A stretch of 64,000 nucleotides of DNA from the human T2T-CHM13v2.0 reference genome, Homo sapiens: NCBI RefSeq assembly GCF_009914755.1, contig NC_060937.1. One strand, given 5' to 3'. This document shows positions 19,310-33,240 of this stretch, piece by piece; position 1 is the stretch's first letter, and each line of letters begins with the position of its first letter. The notes beneath the pieces are model-generated. The model made no database searches. It was not told where the DNA came from and worked only from the letters and a program-made list of their open reading frames with translations. The position numbers and the translations under genes were made by a program.

Positions 19310-19701
19310 TGTCTTAGTCCATTTTGTGCTGCTGTAACAGAATACCACAGACTGGGTGATTTATAAGGAAAATAAATTTATTTCTTACAGTTCTGGAGCT
19401 CAGGAAGTCCCAAATCCAGGTGCAAACATCTGAGGAGGGCCTTCTTGCCATGTCATTCCATGGCAGAAGGCAGAAGAGCAACAGAGTATGAGAGAGTAAG
19501 AGAGGAAGGGGGCTGAACTTTTCCTTTTACTAGGAAAACACTCCCATCTAATCCACTGTGGCAATAATGGCATCAATCCATTCATCAGGGCAGAGCCCTC
19601 ATGAGTGAATCATCTCTTAAAAGAACCACATCTCAACACTGTTGCATTGGGAATTAAGTTTTCAATATGTGAACTTTAGGAGACACATTCAAACAATAGC
19701 A
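19310..19701 (-). mobile_element. MST (MSTC/D-like) MaLR solo LTR
   Basis: tgtcttagtccattttgtgctgctgtaacagaataccacagactgggt...cattcaaacaatagca. Confidence 0.85.
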
Positions 19702-20569
19702 CAAGCTAAACTTCAAACCTCAAAATAGCACAGCCTTGAATTCTCAAATACCAAAACAAAAGACTCTAGCTAAATGTGTCATCCTTTTTGAATATGCAAA
19801 AAATCATGAGTAATTAGAAGTACACACTAGCTACTATTAACTGAAAATAACAAAATGAATAGTGTATATAAATCAATATTCATTAAGACATCTCCATAAA
19901 TATGGACTTGTTGCTTATTAAGTTTCACAGTAAATATTCATTTGACTTCTTTAAAATTAATACATTTGTCCCATTAAATTGTTGAAATTTAAATTCTGGA
20001 GTTATTGACAGCAAATTCTACATAGGAAAAGTACAGTTCATGAAATAGCTTGGAAGCCATGTCAATAGCCAATAAAACAATTTAAAGAACAAAAATGTGT
20101 GCAAAACCTCAGTGGGAATTCTATATTTCCATCATTGCAGAGGATGAAACTTGGCCTGGTATGATTTCTAATTCCCTGCAAGCCTTTCCACAATGCAAAT
20201 GTCATGCTGAAAATTTTGGCAATTGCTTTAGGGAAAGGTAAGTTGCCCAGATCACTGGAAAATGTTTTGACATTTCAATCACCCTTCCATCCTGTTTTAC
20301 AAAAGAAGTTCCAATTAAGCTCAGGGCTTTCATCTTATTTAGTATACTGACCCTGGAAATAAAGGCTGAGAAGCTGAACGCTATTCCTGCTGTGAGAACA
20401 AGGCTGAAAGCTCTGCAAGAAAAAGCAAGAACTCTAAGCCATCTCCCAAGAAGATGAGAGTTGATGAAAATTGCTGTTTTTCATGATGTTTATCACCATC
20501 TCCCTACAGCACTGTTTTTTCCTTGGCTGTGGCCCAACACAGATGTTCACTTAGGCAGGCAGAACACAG

Positions 20570-20735
20570 GGAGGAGTCTGATGTTGGAAGGTTCTGGTCA
20601 TGGTTTTGCTACTAATTTATCACATAACCTTGAATAAACCTCTTTATCTCTTAGACCCTCTGTTTTCTTCTCTGTTAAACTAAGGGGCTGCACCAGATGA
20701 TTTTCAAAGTTCCTTCTACTTCCAATATACTGTGT
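20570..20735 (+). mobile_element. MIR3/MIR fragment
   Basis: accttgaataaacc...ctctgttttcttctctgttaaa...agatgattttcaaagttccttct. Confidence 0.55.
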
Positions 20736-21139
20736 GTGTACATTTGTGGTCAGAAGGGAAAGAAGGAAAAGACAGACTACCTGTGTGATGATGTGATTCC
20801 CCCAATGCAGCCAACTGCCCCCTGCTTCCAGGGGAAACCCCAGTGTTAGAATAAAATAACCAAAATGTGCTGAGCCTAAGGTGGCAGACTCACAGTTATT
20901 CAGCTCCAGAGCCCAATATTTGATTTACTGGCTTATTTGAAATAATACTGGATAAATAAAGGCACTTCTACTTCTTCTCTTGTGCTAATTAGTACTCTTT
21001 GCTTGTAGGCAGTAGAAATCACACCAAGGTAGCTTAAGGAAAAGGGAGAACTGGTTATACAAATATAATCTTGACCCAAGAAGGAAGTGGAACTCTGAAT
21101 CCCTCAGAAACTTAGGCAGTTTTTCTCTTACTGTATTCT

Positions 21140-21360
21140 GTCTCTGCTCCTTTCTGCATATATCTACTTTCTCCACCTCCTCTCCTCCTTTTCCTCCCTC
21201 CACATTTTCTTCCTCTACAACTCTTCCTCCTTCTTCTCTTCCTTGTGTCTTTCTCCTCCTCTTCATCATTCTGATCCTCCATCTCCTTTCCCTCCTCATT
21301 CTTCTCTTTCTCTTTCCCCCACTGACAGGCTTTCTCTACTCTCTATCCACCACCACCTCA
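21140..21360. repeat. CT-rich low-complexity tract within a degraded MLT1-like LTR
   Basis: Near-pure pyrimidine run; it accounts for the spurious E/R-rich ORF 20985-21299. Confidence 0.7.
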
Positions 21361-23254
21361 TCTTCATGTGTGACAGTTCCACTTATATGAAGAAATGACC
21401 ATTCCTGAATCCAATTCCAATGTTCCTAGTCAGAGAAATTGAATGGACCAGGTGTCTATGCCTTGTCCCAATAATTGTGACAAAGAAAAAAAGCATATGA
21501 ATAAATAATAGTTCTAAAGCCTCAACTGTAAGTCCTAACCTTATTAAGCAATCTGCAGATATAAGCAAACTTCAGTAATCACCTGGTTCTATCTGCCCAT
21601 TTGAAGTTGATTATATGAATGTTCAAAAGCTCACTGACATTTATGATGTAGCTAATGGCCAAAATTTTTTAAAACCTGTCAAGATTGGTATTTTTAAATA
21701 GTGCTGTATAATTAAACAATCACATTCAAAATGGTAAGTCTTCAAACACCTTTCAAGATCTTACTCAATTTAGTTGCTGCCACTTAGATGTCATAATTCA
21801 GAATATTGCACTTCAGAGACTACTTCCTCTGGAACTTCTTCATGAAATAATTCATTCCTAATCAACATAAAACACTGTTCTTGAGTTCCCTAATAAGTTA
21901 TGTTTATAGCATGTATGATATAAAGATTCCATGGTGTCAAGACACTGAGGACAGCTTGAGGAATTGCGAGAAGAGAGAAAGAAATGGCCAGAGATATTTG
22001 AGCACTTCTTTCCTAAGGTAGCATCAAATAAATAAGATTACTAGATCCTATGAAAAATTTATAGAGCCTTTCTATGCTTAGCTATCCAGGCATGTCAATA
22101 TGTCTCTATGTAGTCCTTTATTCACTCAACAAGTAGTTATTTGTTGTCTACTCTGCAAAAATAATTGCTATATTCTTTCTTCCACAGGTAATTAGATTGG
22201 TCATTTGTTACCCAGAGAAAAATAGTTCTCCACTATGCCCCACTAAGAGTCACTTACGAGTCGTTAAGCATCTACCATAATATATTTTCACAATTTTATA
22301 GGACTTTTTATTCCTGAATTTAAAAGCATATGCTGTAAAAAAATTTCAAGTGCTAGAAAAATGAATAAAGCAGAACATAAAAGTCTCCTGTAATCTCAGC
22401 CTTTCCTCTGTTATGTTTGCTTTTAAATTCCACCAAATTTTTCATATGCATACACTGATACAAATTGTATGTGCATATCATTCACAAACATAAATCCATA
22501 TAGCACATATATACATATTTTTATAATAGAATCAAAATGTGCATATAATTCTATAATCTGGTTTGGTTGCTTATTGATATATTATACAATAAATGTTGTT
22601 CTTACCCACCTCAATGTTTTAAAAGGCAGCATAGTCCATGATTTGGATATAGCAAATGCCATTCAATCAATCTCCTATTAATATCCATTGTAAGTATTTT
22701 CATTTTTTCTATACAAACAATGCTTCTACAAGCACTCTTAGATGTATACCTTTGTGCACTGGAGTCAGCATTCCTAAAGAATGAAATCCTAGAAATGAAA
22801 TTGCTAAATCAAAGAGTATGTATACTTACCATACAAATAATAATTGTCAAACTGCTTTCCAAAAAGCTTTAACCAAATTATACTTCACCTAGGGTTCACG
22901 ACAATCGTGTTCCACACTCTGCCCAGCAGTAGGTGTTTAACAAATCATCATTAGCTGGCCAGATTTTAAAAAGGTTATTTTAATGTTTTAATTTTCATTT
23001 CTTGGCAAAACACATTTGTCTGTTTATTTGTATTTCTTCTGACACTATTTTTTGCTCATTTTCCATTGAATTGGGTTTTTATATTGATTTTAGTATGCTT
23101 TATATATCATTATCATTAACCTTTTGTTGCCTTTCATATGACCTTCCATAGTTTTCACTTGCCCTTCAGCAGGTTTGTGATTTGGAAATCATATCAAAAA
23201 CAAATTTTTTATGTAGTCAAGTCTATCCTTTTTTTTAATGTTTTCCGGTTTTCA

Positions 23255-23783
23255 TATATTTTTTGCATCTTGCATGCTGCTGTAACAAATTAATACCAAC
23301 CTAGTAGTTTAAAACAACACAAATTTATTAGCTAACAGTTGCAGAGGTCAGAAGACTTATAATCAAGGTGCCTGTAGGGCTGAGTTCTTTTTGAAGACTC
23401 CAGGAAATAATCCATTTCCTTGCCTTTCCAAGCTTCTAGAAGCCACCTGCATTCCTGAGCTCATGGAGCTTTCCTTCATCTTCAAATCCAGCAGTGAGGC
23501 CTCCTTTCTCCCTCCTTCTCTTCTTCTCCTTCTCCCTCTCCCACTCTCCTACTTTCCGTTGTTACATCTCTCACTCTGATGGAGGTCCTCCTGCTTCCTT
23601 CTCATAAAGACCCTTGTGATTATACTTTATCCACCCAGATAATCAAAAATAATCTTCCCATCCCAACATCCTTAACTTGCTCACATCTGCAAAGTTCCTT
23701 TGACAATGTAAGATAACATACCAAAAGGCTTTGGGAAGTAAGATGTGAACATCTTTAAAAGGGGACATTATTTTCTTTACCAT
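23255..23783 (-). mobile_element. MLT1C/D-like MaLR LTR
   Basis: gctgctgtaacaaatt...tttaaaacaacacaaattta...atctgcaaagttcctt...gatgtgaacatcttt. Confidence 0.8.
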
Positions 23784-25700
23784 TCTTCTCAACCAAAAGA
23801 TTTAAACATTATTACCCTCATGAGCTTCTACTATTTTGTGATTTTGATTTTTATAATTAGAAAAATATGGACTTGATTTTATTATAGTATATAATTCACT
23901 TAAACTTTAAAAAGATAAATAAATTTGACTCTCATATCTCCAGTAACTTTCTTCCTGTTGCTTCCATTTAACCAACAAGCTTGCTAAAGTTCTATAGATG
24001 ATTGATAGATGGATGATAGACACACAGACACATAGATATATGCAAAGCACTCGTGATCTTGTAGCTCTCTGTAGTTACTGCTCAACTACTCCTTTTTGTG
24101 TCACAATTAAGCTTCTCATGGGAACAATCTGCAGCTCTGGAATCAAGTGCTCACCATCTCAAATCATCTCTCACTTAACTTCCCAAGCATCCCGCGGCTT
24201 CCAATTTCATTCTCCATCCTCAATGCTGCACTCAGTGTGTTCTTCCCCAAATTCAAACCAATCAAGTCACTTCCTGGCTGAAAACCTATCAAAGCTTCTC
24301 TATTACCTGCAAGATGAAATGCAAACTCCATGATGAGGTATACCTGACCTTGCAGGTCTGGGCCAGTGAGGACCTCTGTAGGATTCCCTCTGCCACCCCC
24401 CTCTGTACTCTAGCCACACTGAGTAACTTTTAGTTTCACCAATTTTCAATGCCTTCTTTGACCTTCAGGACTCAGATTCTTGTGCTTCTCCACCTAGAAT
24501 ACTCTACCCTTCCCCATACATGCCAGTCAAAGGGCCACCATTTCCCAAGACTCAACTTCCTTTTTGGAGACTTCCCTGACCAACCTCCCTACCTTCAAAC
24601 CCACATCTCATGGACCAGCCACCCCTTTTCAGTACCTTTTTCATTTTTTTTTTTTGAGACTATAGAGACTAGGGAGAAGGTGCAAAGGGTTGGTTGGGGC
24701 AGCTTTTATACTTTCTCAAATTTGATTAGCTTTTCCACTTTACACCAATCAAAATTAGCGTGCATTTGCAGAAACCACAAGTTGCTTGCCATACAAATGG
24801 TTTCTCAAGATGTTTCGTAGTACCTCTCACTTCCAACAAATTCCTTTCCCTAAACATCTTTATGTCTGTCTGGCATATGGACAGGGAAAGGTACTATTCT
24901 ACATGTATGAATACAGAAGTGATTGATTACAAAAATTGAATGCTTAAAAGTTGTTGGAAGAGCTGGAGGAAAGGAAGCCAGGGGGTGTCTTGAGAATTAT
25001 TGGATTCAAGAATATTCTGCTATAGGGCTTAGAAAGACTATGCCACCAATCCAATTGATGCAGCCACCACAACTGTCTTAGGACTCCCACCATGCTGGTG
25101 ATAGATAGGTTGATTTCAGCTGTTTTAACTCGCTCTCCACATTCACAGTTCTGACCCTTGCTTGCCAGCAGGAGTGGCAAGAAGATGGCCTCTGCCTTTC
25201 TTCTGCTTTCCAAGTCTCATGCAAATGCATCTATTTGGCAGAATCCATTTTCCACTGGGAACATTAGCTGCAAGGGAGTCTGGAGAAACTAAATTTTTGC
25301 TTTCTAGCTTTTTGCAGCACAAGACAGGACATAGAAAGAGGTGGAAATAGATGTTTGGAGCCAACTGACAACATAAACTTCTCCCTCCTATGCAGAATTT
25401 TAGAAACACACTGCTCTGTACACATGTATCTGAGGACCTATAAGATTTTATGGTAGTCATTTGTTTGTCTCCTTTTGCAAGACCTAAGGTTCTCGAGGAT
25501 GGGGACAGTGTCAGGTTCATCTCTATCTCACAGTGCCTCAATAGTTGTCAGTAAGCAAACTATGAAACAATAAATTAAGAAATGTGCAAAGAGAGCCAGG
25601 GTATCTGGTGTGCATAGCCCTTCTTGCCTCACTACACATACACACCTCTTGTCACACTGACTTTTAAAATACATGCACAAAGTAAGAAAAGAAATCAACT

Positions 25701-26340
25701 AGGAACGCTTTTGCACTGTTGGTGGGAATTTAAATTAGTTCAACCATTGTGACAGACAGTGTGGCAATTCCTCAAGGATCTAGAACCAGAAATACCATTT
25801 GACCCAGCAATCCAATTACTGGGTATATACCCAAAGGATTGTAAACCATTCTACTATAAAGACACATACACATGTATGTTTATTGCAGCACTATTCACAA
25901 TAGCAAAGACTTGGAACCAACCCAAATGCCCATCAATGATAAATCAGATTTAAAAAATGTGGTACAGATATACCATGAAATACTATGCAGCCAGAAAAAG
26001 GAATGAAATCATGTCATTTGCAGGGACATGGATGATGTAACAAAGCCATCATCCTCAGAAAACTAATGCAGGAACAGAAAACCAAACACAACATGTTCTT
26101 ACTCATAAGAGGGAGCTGAACAATGAGAACACATGGAGACAGGATGAGGAACAACACACACCAGAGCCTGTCAGCTGGGGCCAGGGGTGGTGGAAGCAAG
26201 CAAGGGAGAGCATCAGGACAAATAGTTAATGCATATGGGGCTTAAAACCTAGATGATGAGTTGGTAGGTGCAGCAAACCAACAAGGCATGTGTATACCTA
26301 TGTAACAAACCTGCATGTTCTGCAAAAAAAAAAAAAAAGA
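25701..26340 (+). mobile_element. L1PA (~PA8-PA11) 3' fragment with an A/(GAA)n tail
   Basis: ORF 25759-25953 is the ORF2 C-terminus (EIPFDPAI...KTWNQPKCP), followed by a 3'UTR. Degenerate TSD aagaaaagaaatcaac / aagaaaagaaaccagc. Confidence 0.92.
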
Positions 26341-26514
26341 AGAAGAAGAAGAAGAAAAGAAAAGAAACCAGCCTATCTTGAGGGCAGGTTTTGGAGTTAG
26401 AAAGGTCTACACGTAAGTCCAAGTTCTGTGTGATCTTGGGAAACTTATTCTCTCTGAGCCTCAGTTTCCTTACTTTTTTCTTCAGAGGAGCTTATTATAA
26501 ATATTGAATGAGGT

Positions 26515-26914
<400 letters not shown>

Positions 26915-27176
26915 TCATTTCCTGTGTCTGCAACAGGGAGGATAAAAACTAAGGATAATGTAATATGAAAGACAACACATATAGAACATTGATTTAAATT
27001 TTTTTCTGTTATAACTGATAATTACTTTGTCCCTTTAGAGTCTTTTGTCTGAATATTTTAAAGACTATAAAAGCAAGAATTATAATACGTAATTTATAAC
27101 AACAGTAGCTAAAGTTTAGGGGTTTCATGATTTGTAAGTTTCCCTGTGATCCTCATAAAACCAGCAACCTGTTAGG

Positions 27177-27208
27177 TTTTTTGTTGTTGTTGTTGTTGTT
27201 GTTGTTTT
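27177..27208. repeat. (TTG)n microsatellite
   Basis: Direct reading. Confidence 0.9.
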
Positions 27209-27499
27209 GCTTTTTTGCTTTTTCCTGTCTGTTTAAATTGTGGCTAAGAGCTAATTATATGCAATGACCCTTTTAAATATGAATTGTTGGCTAGTGATCT
27301 GACCAAAATTACATGTTTAAGGACAGATAAAGGTAAGAATTGAGGAAACTGGAGCCAAGCTATCCACCATTTCTGTTTCTAATCTAACACGATTTAGGGA
27401 TTACTCTTGCATCTTATTATATAGTCTATTTTTCTTCAGATTCCTCAAGCTTCACTTCCCACCACTAGTCGGCTTTGGGACTGGGTTGAGTAAGTCTAA

Positions 27500-27797
<298 letters not shown>

Positions 27798-29269
27798 CTA
27801 AATCTCATCTCTACATTGATTGAACTGGGTAAGCTCGATTCCAACTCCATGGTTCTGTGAGTTTCCATGTACAACTGGAGGCCTCTGGACACTGAGGGAC
27901 CAACCGCACTGTTCACCAGTAACACAAAAGAAGTCAAAAACATAGTCTTTTTACCTTCCTTTCTGAGTGGAGGTAGCTGCACAGTGAAGGGCAAATCACT
28001 ATTTGACCTTGCCAGGGCTAGGGAAAAGCAGCCATAGGGTTGAGGGTTGAGAGTTGCATGCAGGGGCCAAATGGCAAAGGAGGAAGCTGAGAAGGCAGCT
28101 TATAGCCAAGATGCTTAATGCTCCAGATGCACTCCTGGCTTGGCAAAGACCAAATAAACACGCTTGAGCTGTTGATGGTTCTGTTTACTGTGCAATCTAA
28201 GGTTCTTTAGGCTAATGAAATGCCAAATAGTTGAAATGGTGTTTTTATGCAGGAGGCTTCTGTGTAATGACTTGGTTCTTTCTATGGGTACATCTAAACT
28301 ATGTAGGAATGCAAAGAGCTAAAGACAAAATATTGCTTCGTCAATATGCATGTATAACGAAAAGTTAGGAGTCTTTTCTTAAGGTAAGAAAGAAACACCT
28401 CAAGAAATAATCAATTGATTTGGAGGAAAAACTGATAAGCAAGAGTCTAAAAGGGATTCACTGGGCTGTGCTGATGATTCAGAAATAAACAAATGATGAC
28501 TGGTGGAGCTTGGGGCAAGAGGTCCCACTGTGAAGAGACTGTGTAGATTGAAGTCATTCACCCAGCAGTCCAGGCCATTGCTAACACCCAGGAGCACAAT
28601 GGATACAGAGTTAGAGCTTATAAACCACTCAGTCTCTACTCATGTGAGAGATGTCTGAACCAAAAGAAAAAAAGAAAAAAAAAGAAAACCCAGCTATACC
28701 AGCTGTCCTCCCCGCTGTTGTTCAGTGAGGATCTACTTTTGACAGCAGCTAGCATTGTTCACTGGCTATTGACAGCCAGCATAAGTGACATCCATTGAAG
28801 CCCCGTGGCTTTGCTTTGTCTCTATCAAACTCACTTCTATATAAAAATCCCTTTGTCCCAAATAACTCCTAAACTCCAGAGCTGTATGAACACGGGAAGC
28901 AAAAGGCTGATAAAGGGGTAGGGAGTACAACAGATCCCCTCTCCATATCTGTAATTAGCTGAAGCTAAACACGTATAGCCTGAGATCTATCCCAGAGGTA
29001 AATGTGTGTGTAAAAATGAGAGAGTTTTCATTCTCCTGCAGATACAATAGAGGATCTCAGAGTTCCAAGATAGCCCTAAGATTGAAGATGTTTCCACACC
29101 ATCTTCATCATTATTTATAATGCCTACTGGGCCCCTTGTGAAGAAAGTCCAGAGAGTTGTCATTTGAAAAGATAGAGCATAATGGGGTAGCCTTTCAACT
29201 GGGCTTTGTGGGAAATTAATTTTTTATGGGAAGATACACATTTGATTGACCATCCAGTATTGATTCTAC

Positions 29270-29807
29270 CACTTCTCGTTGTTCATCATGAAAGGGGATT
29301 GACTCCATTCCAGGATGGACACTAAGTAGTCCATGCCAATCACGGAAATTTCTTTACCCACATAAGCATCAAGAAACCAGGCATAGACCAACAGCTCATG
29401 GCATCTCCCAGGAAACAGACATCAGTTCAGGAGTAAGCATGTGATTCAAATCAGGTCAATAAGACATCAGGGGACGATTCCAGAGGCTTCTCTGTAGTAA
29501 GCATAACAGAAAGAAATGCTTTCTCTCTCTTCTGACAGAATGGTTGAGAAAGCCAGTAGCTTCATTTGTTACTGGCAGCATTTTTATTATTTTCAGGGGT
29601 CTGGCTTTAGTATGAAGTTTACAATGTGAATGGCAGACAAAGAGATGGAAAAAAAACTAAATCCTTTTTGACATCTTTGAGTTACTGGATGAACCAATCC
29701 TGGTCCCTTTCCTGCCTCCACTAAGAGAGACTATATATTTCCTCTGTGTTTTATCCAGTTAAATCAGGTTTCTGTTACTTATGAACAAAAGCAACCTAAT
29801 TAACACA
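29270..29807 (+). mobile_element. Old MLT1 (I/J/K-like) LTR
   Basis: 3' end ccagtt...ggtttctgttactt...caaaagcaacctaattaacaca is typical of old MLT1. Confidence 0.6.
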
Positions 29808-32379
29808 TATGGCTATGATGCTAGTTGAAGGGAATATTGTATTTTGTGGCTCTGTGGACCAAACCACTTCTTATACATAGAGTCAATTTTCACCAAAAAA
29901 TGAATCCTGTTCTGGCATTCTTCCAGGGCAAAGGCTTATCCTCAGATTAAAAGTTAGAAAGAATTAGATGACCTCAGGAGAGGAGCAGAGTGAAAATATC
30001 TTTCCTAACCTTGTGAATAAAGGCATTTTCTAGAAACAAGAACTGAGATGCAATTGGAAAGCTAGGAAATGAGAAACCTGTCTAAGATGCTCTTTTAGGA
30101 GTGAAAATCAGGATAATATTACAAGAAAATGCTAATACTGTACATACAGATTGTAATATTCTGTCCATAACATCTGTATTTTATAGATGCTTGTTTACCT
30201 TCAGCATTTGAAATTGTTTTTGAAAGGTTTAGCATACCTCTGCTGTACTGTGAGAAAACCAAGAGTATATGCGTCATGGTAATAGAAACGAAAGTGAGAG
30301 GGCTCTAATAATACAAAGAAAAGTTAGGGCACATGATGCTGAATCCTTCTCTTTGGAGATTATACTACCCAGGCTCAACCTAGGTTTTATTCTGATGATA
30401 TCATATTCCTTACATTGTAGTTTCCTTTTGGCTATGTTGTATTAAAATGGACAAAACTCAACATCTAGATGGCCTGAGTGGTCACACTGGTGACATATCC
30501 ATTGCCCCTGGATGGTGTGCCCTCACCTCAGGGATGCCTAGGTTAGCAGAGTCGCTGTCCAGAGTGCTTATGAAACCTCAGGCACCATCAATCCCCAGCC
30601 TGCAGTGTGGACCTACTTCCTTCCATTTAACACTTGCAGCTTGAAAACTGAAGTTTCTCTGAATCAGTACCAGCCCTATTTATAGATATTAAGACCCTGC
30701 CCATTCATTTTGGAGGATCTTGCAGATTCTCATTTCAACAGAAAATCAATATATGGAAAGTAATTTGTGTATCAGCACAATCAGCAATGCACAAAAGCAG
30801 AGACAAGGAAAGTAAGCATTTTTTTCTTTTTTACTCTTTGGAGTAAAAAATAAGTTATGGCAATTTTTTCTCTCTGAATATCTCAGAAAAAAGAAAATAC
30901 AGTTTTAGTGTGTCAACCTTTACTGGCTGATTGTAGGTCCCTTTGACTTTAATCACCTTTTAATATGTTATATATATGCACCAAGCTAACTTGCTAAAAA
31001 GGCTTTCAAACCATTTCATTGGGAACACAACCAAGTTCCTGAAAGAAAACAAACCTAAGAAACAAAATATCAAACAAATTTATAACAATGTAATTAACAT
31101 TTTAAAATTTGGTTGGGTGTTTCTGCATATCCCCAAGCAATTGCACATATCAGCTGCTTCTTGTGCCATTTTAACTCAGAGTGACAAAAATATTTTTGAA
31201 TTCTAATAGACAACATTAGCTTTCTGTTTTGCTTTTGCAATTTATTTGAATCCCAGATATGTGCTTTATTTTTTATAATTATGATATGGTATAAAATCTT
31301 CATTCTGTGCCCTGGAGTTTTAGTCCGTGGTTATTTTTGTTGTTATTTTGAAGTTAGAAGTCAGTCACGCAAGAGAGACACAGCGGCACCCCCCTTTGAA
31401 AATCTCAACTATGTACTGTATTTTAACATTATCAATATCATTTTTTTGACTTAAAAAAATAGAAAGTCCAAAGTATCAAAAAGAATTTCTTAGTTATGCA
31501 CCACATGACATCCCTTTATTTTAAAATAGAAAGCCAATCTTTGGAGCAGGAATTTGTAGTTATATTGGATCTATGCTTCTGGTTATTGTTACTTTCATTA
31601 TTCCTCAGTAATTTGGTTCATAGGGCAGTAAAATATAGGACACTATGAGACTCATTTTCAGCACAGCAAGCAGTTATAGGGTTTCACCATTCAACTTGCA
31701 ACAGTCTTACTGTGCAATGAGAAATACATTTCCCCCACGATGATGAAATTGATGCAAGTAGGACCACACTCAGGAGACAGTAATACTGAAATAGGTAGGC
31801 TGGAGCATCTGTGGTTAGGTAGGTAATACAAAAAAAGAAAAAAGAATAAGGATCTCACAGAGGTCAGTTAATTTGAACAGTGGGGACCATCTAAGTGTGA
31901 TCATTTAAATCCTAGAGTTAAAAAAAATCTAGTTCTTATTGATCAAATTAATCATATAAATGTTAGATGTTGTTTTCAACTGCAGGCAGCTCTGAGTAAG
32001 GTGCGTATGATGTAATTCAGATATCTGGTTTTTTTCTGACTTAATGTGCTAAGACGATTTGTGTAGAGTGGAGGCGGTAGTTTACTTCCCTAATACTTCT
32101 AAAGCCATTATGACAATTAACAAATTCAGCCAACAGTCATTGGTCACAACGCACTCCTTGAGGAAGGTACAAAGTTGAGATAGGATTCACACATCTACTC
32201 ATTACTCCACAAACCTGTAGTGGGACCCTGCTATGTTAAGGCACTGTGCTAGGAATTGAGGTAATCACAGGAGGAGGCCGCCATTGAGCTGGCTGTCCTC
32301 TGGTTGACACCCGAAGAAGGAATGACATAAACCAGGTGGCTGATCCTATTTCTATATGGCCTTGTACAGTGATTACAGC

Positions 32380-32590
32380 ACTGCCTTCAGAGGCAGACAG
32401 ACCTAGATCACAACCCAGGCTCAAATCTCAGATTCTTAACTCTCACGTGCCTTTGGGAAAATCGTTTCTCTGAGCCTTAGTTCTTTCATCTGTAAAAGGT
32501 CAATACTAGCACCTACCTTGCAGATATTTTTAGGATTGAGATAATCTCTGTAAAATGCCAAAGCAGATGCACAAATGAAAATTCTTATTT
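32380..32590 (+). mobile_element. MIR
   Basis: ctctgagccttagttctttcatctgtaaaa...atactagcacctacc. Confidence 0.7.
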
Positions 32591-33029
32591 AGATGACGAT
32601 AAGTTTTAAATGGGCAAGGAAACCAATCAGTAGCCCTTTAATCAGGTAACATTGACCACACTCTTCTATATCTGACTTGAAAGATGTCAAAAATATCCTG
32701 GTGACAACCACCAGTGGGGCTATATCCTGTCTTGAAGCTCACTTCTTTTGAATTAAGACCTTGTGTTCTGTTAAAAGAACATGCATAGACATTTTCAGTC
32801 ATTAAACATCTTAATATGAATTACTTCATTGTGTCCTACATGGAGGGCCCAGGTGACAAGGTTTTCAACTGTGGGCAGGAGAAAGGGTAGGTCCAGAGAA
32901 TACTGCATTGTTATCATGAATATATCAGATCTTCAGTCAGGAGTATGAAGACCCAGAAAAGAAGGGTAAGGAAGGGAAAAAGGGAAGAAGAGATAGCAGT
33001 AAGAGGGAAGATGGGCATTTTAAAAATAA

Positions 33030-33240
33030 CTAACGCTGACCAAAAAAACTATTCTAAAAATCTTACACACGTCTCACATGGTACTTTCGCTATTCTTATT
33101 AGGTAAGTACTACTCATGCTCCCAGTTTACAGCTGAGGCATCTGAAACAAAGAGAAACTAAATAACTTCCCCCAAGATGCACAGGTAATGTTACTGGCAA
33201 AGCCAAGAGGCACACAAAGGCAGCCTGACTTTAGAACCCT
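33030..33240 (-). mobile_element. MIR
   Basis: cccagtttacagctgaggcatctgaaaca...aaataacttcccccaag. Confidence 0.65.

Noticed and set aside
20985-21299. 104-aa E/R/G-rich ORF
   Set aside because: Translation of a low-complexity purine tract.
24640-24660. T-run followed by GAGAC, like an Alu 3' end
   Set aside because: Only 5 informative nt and no TSD.
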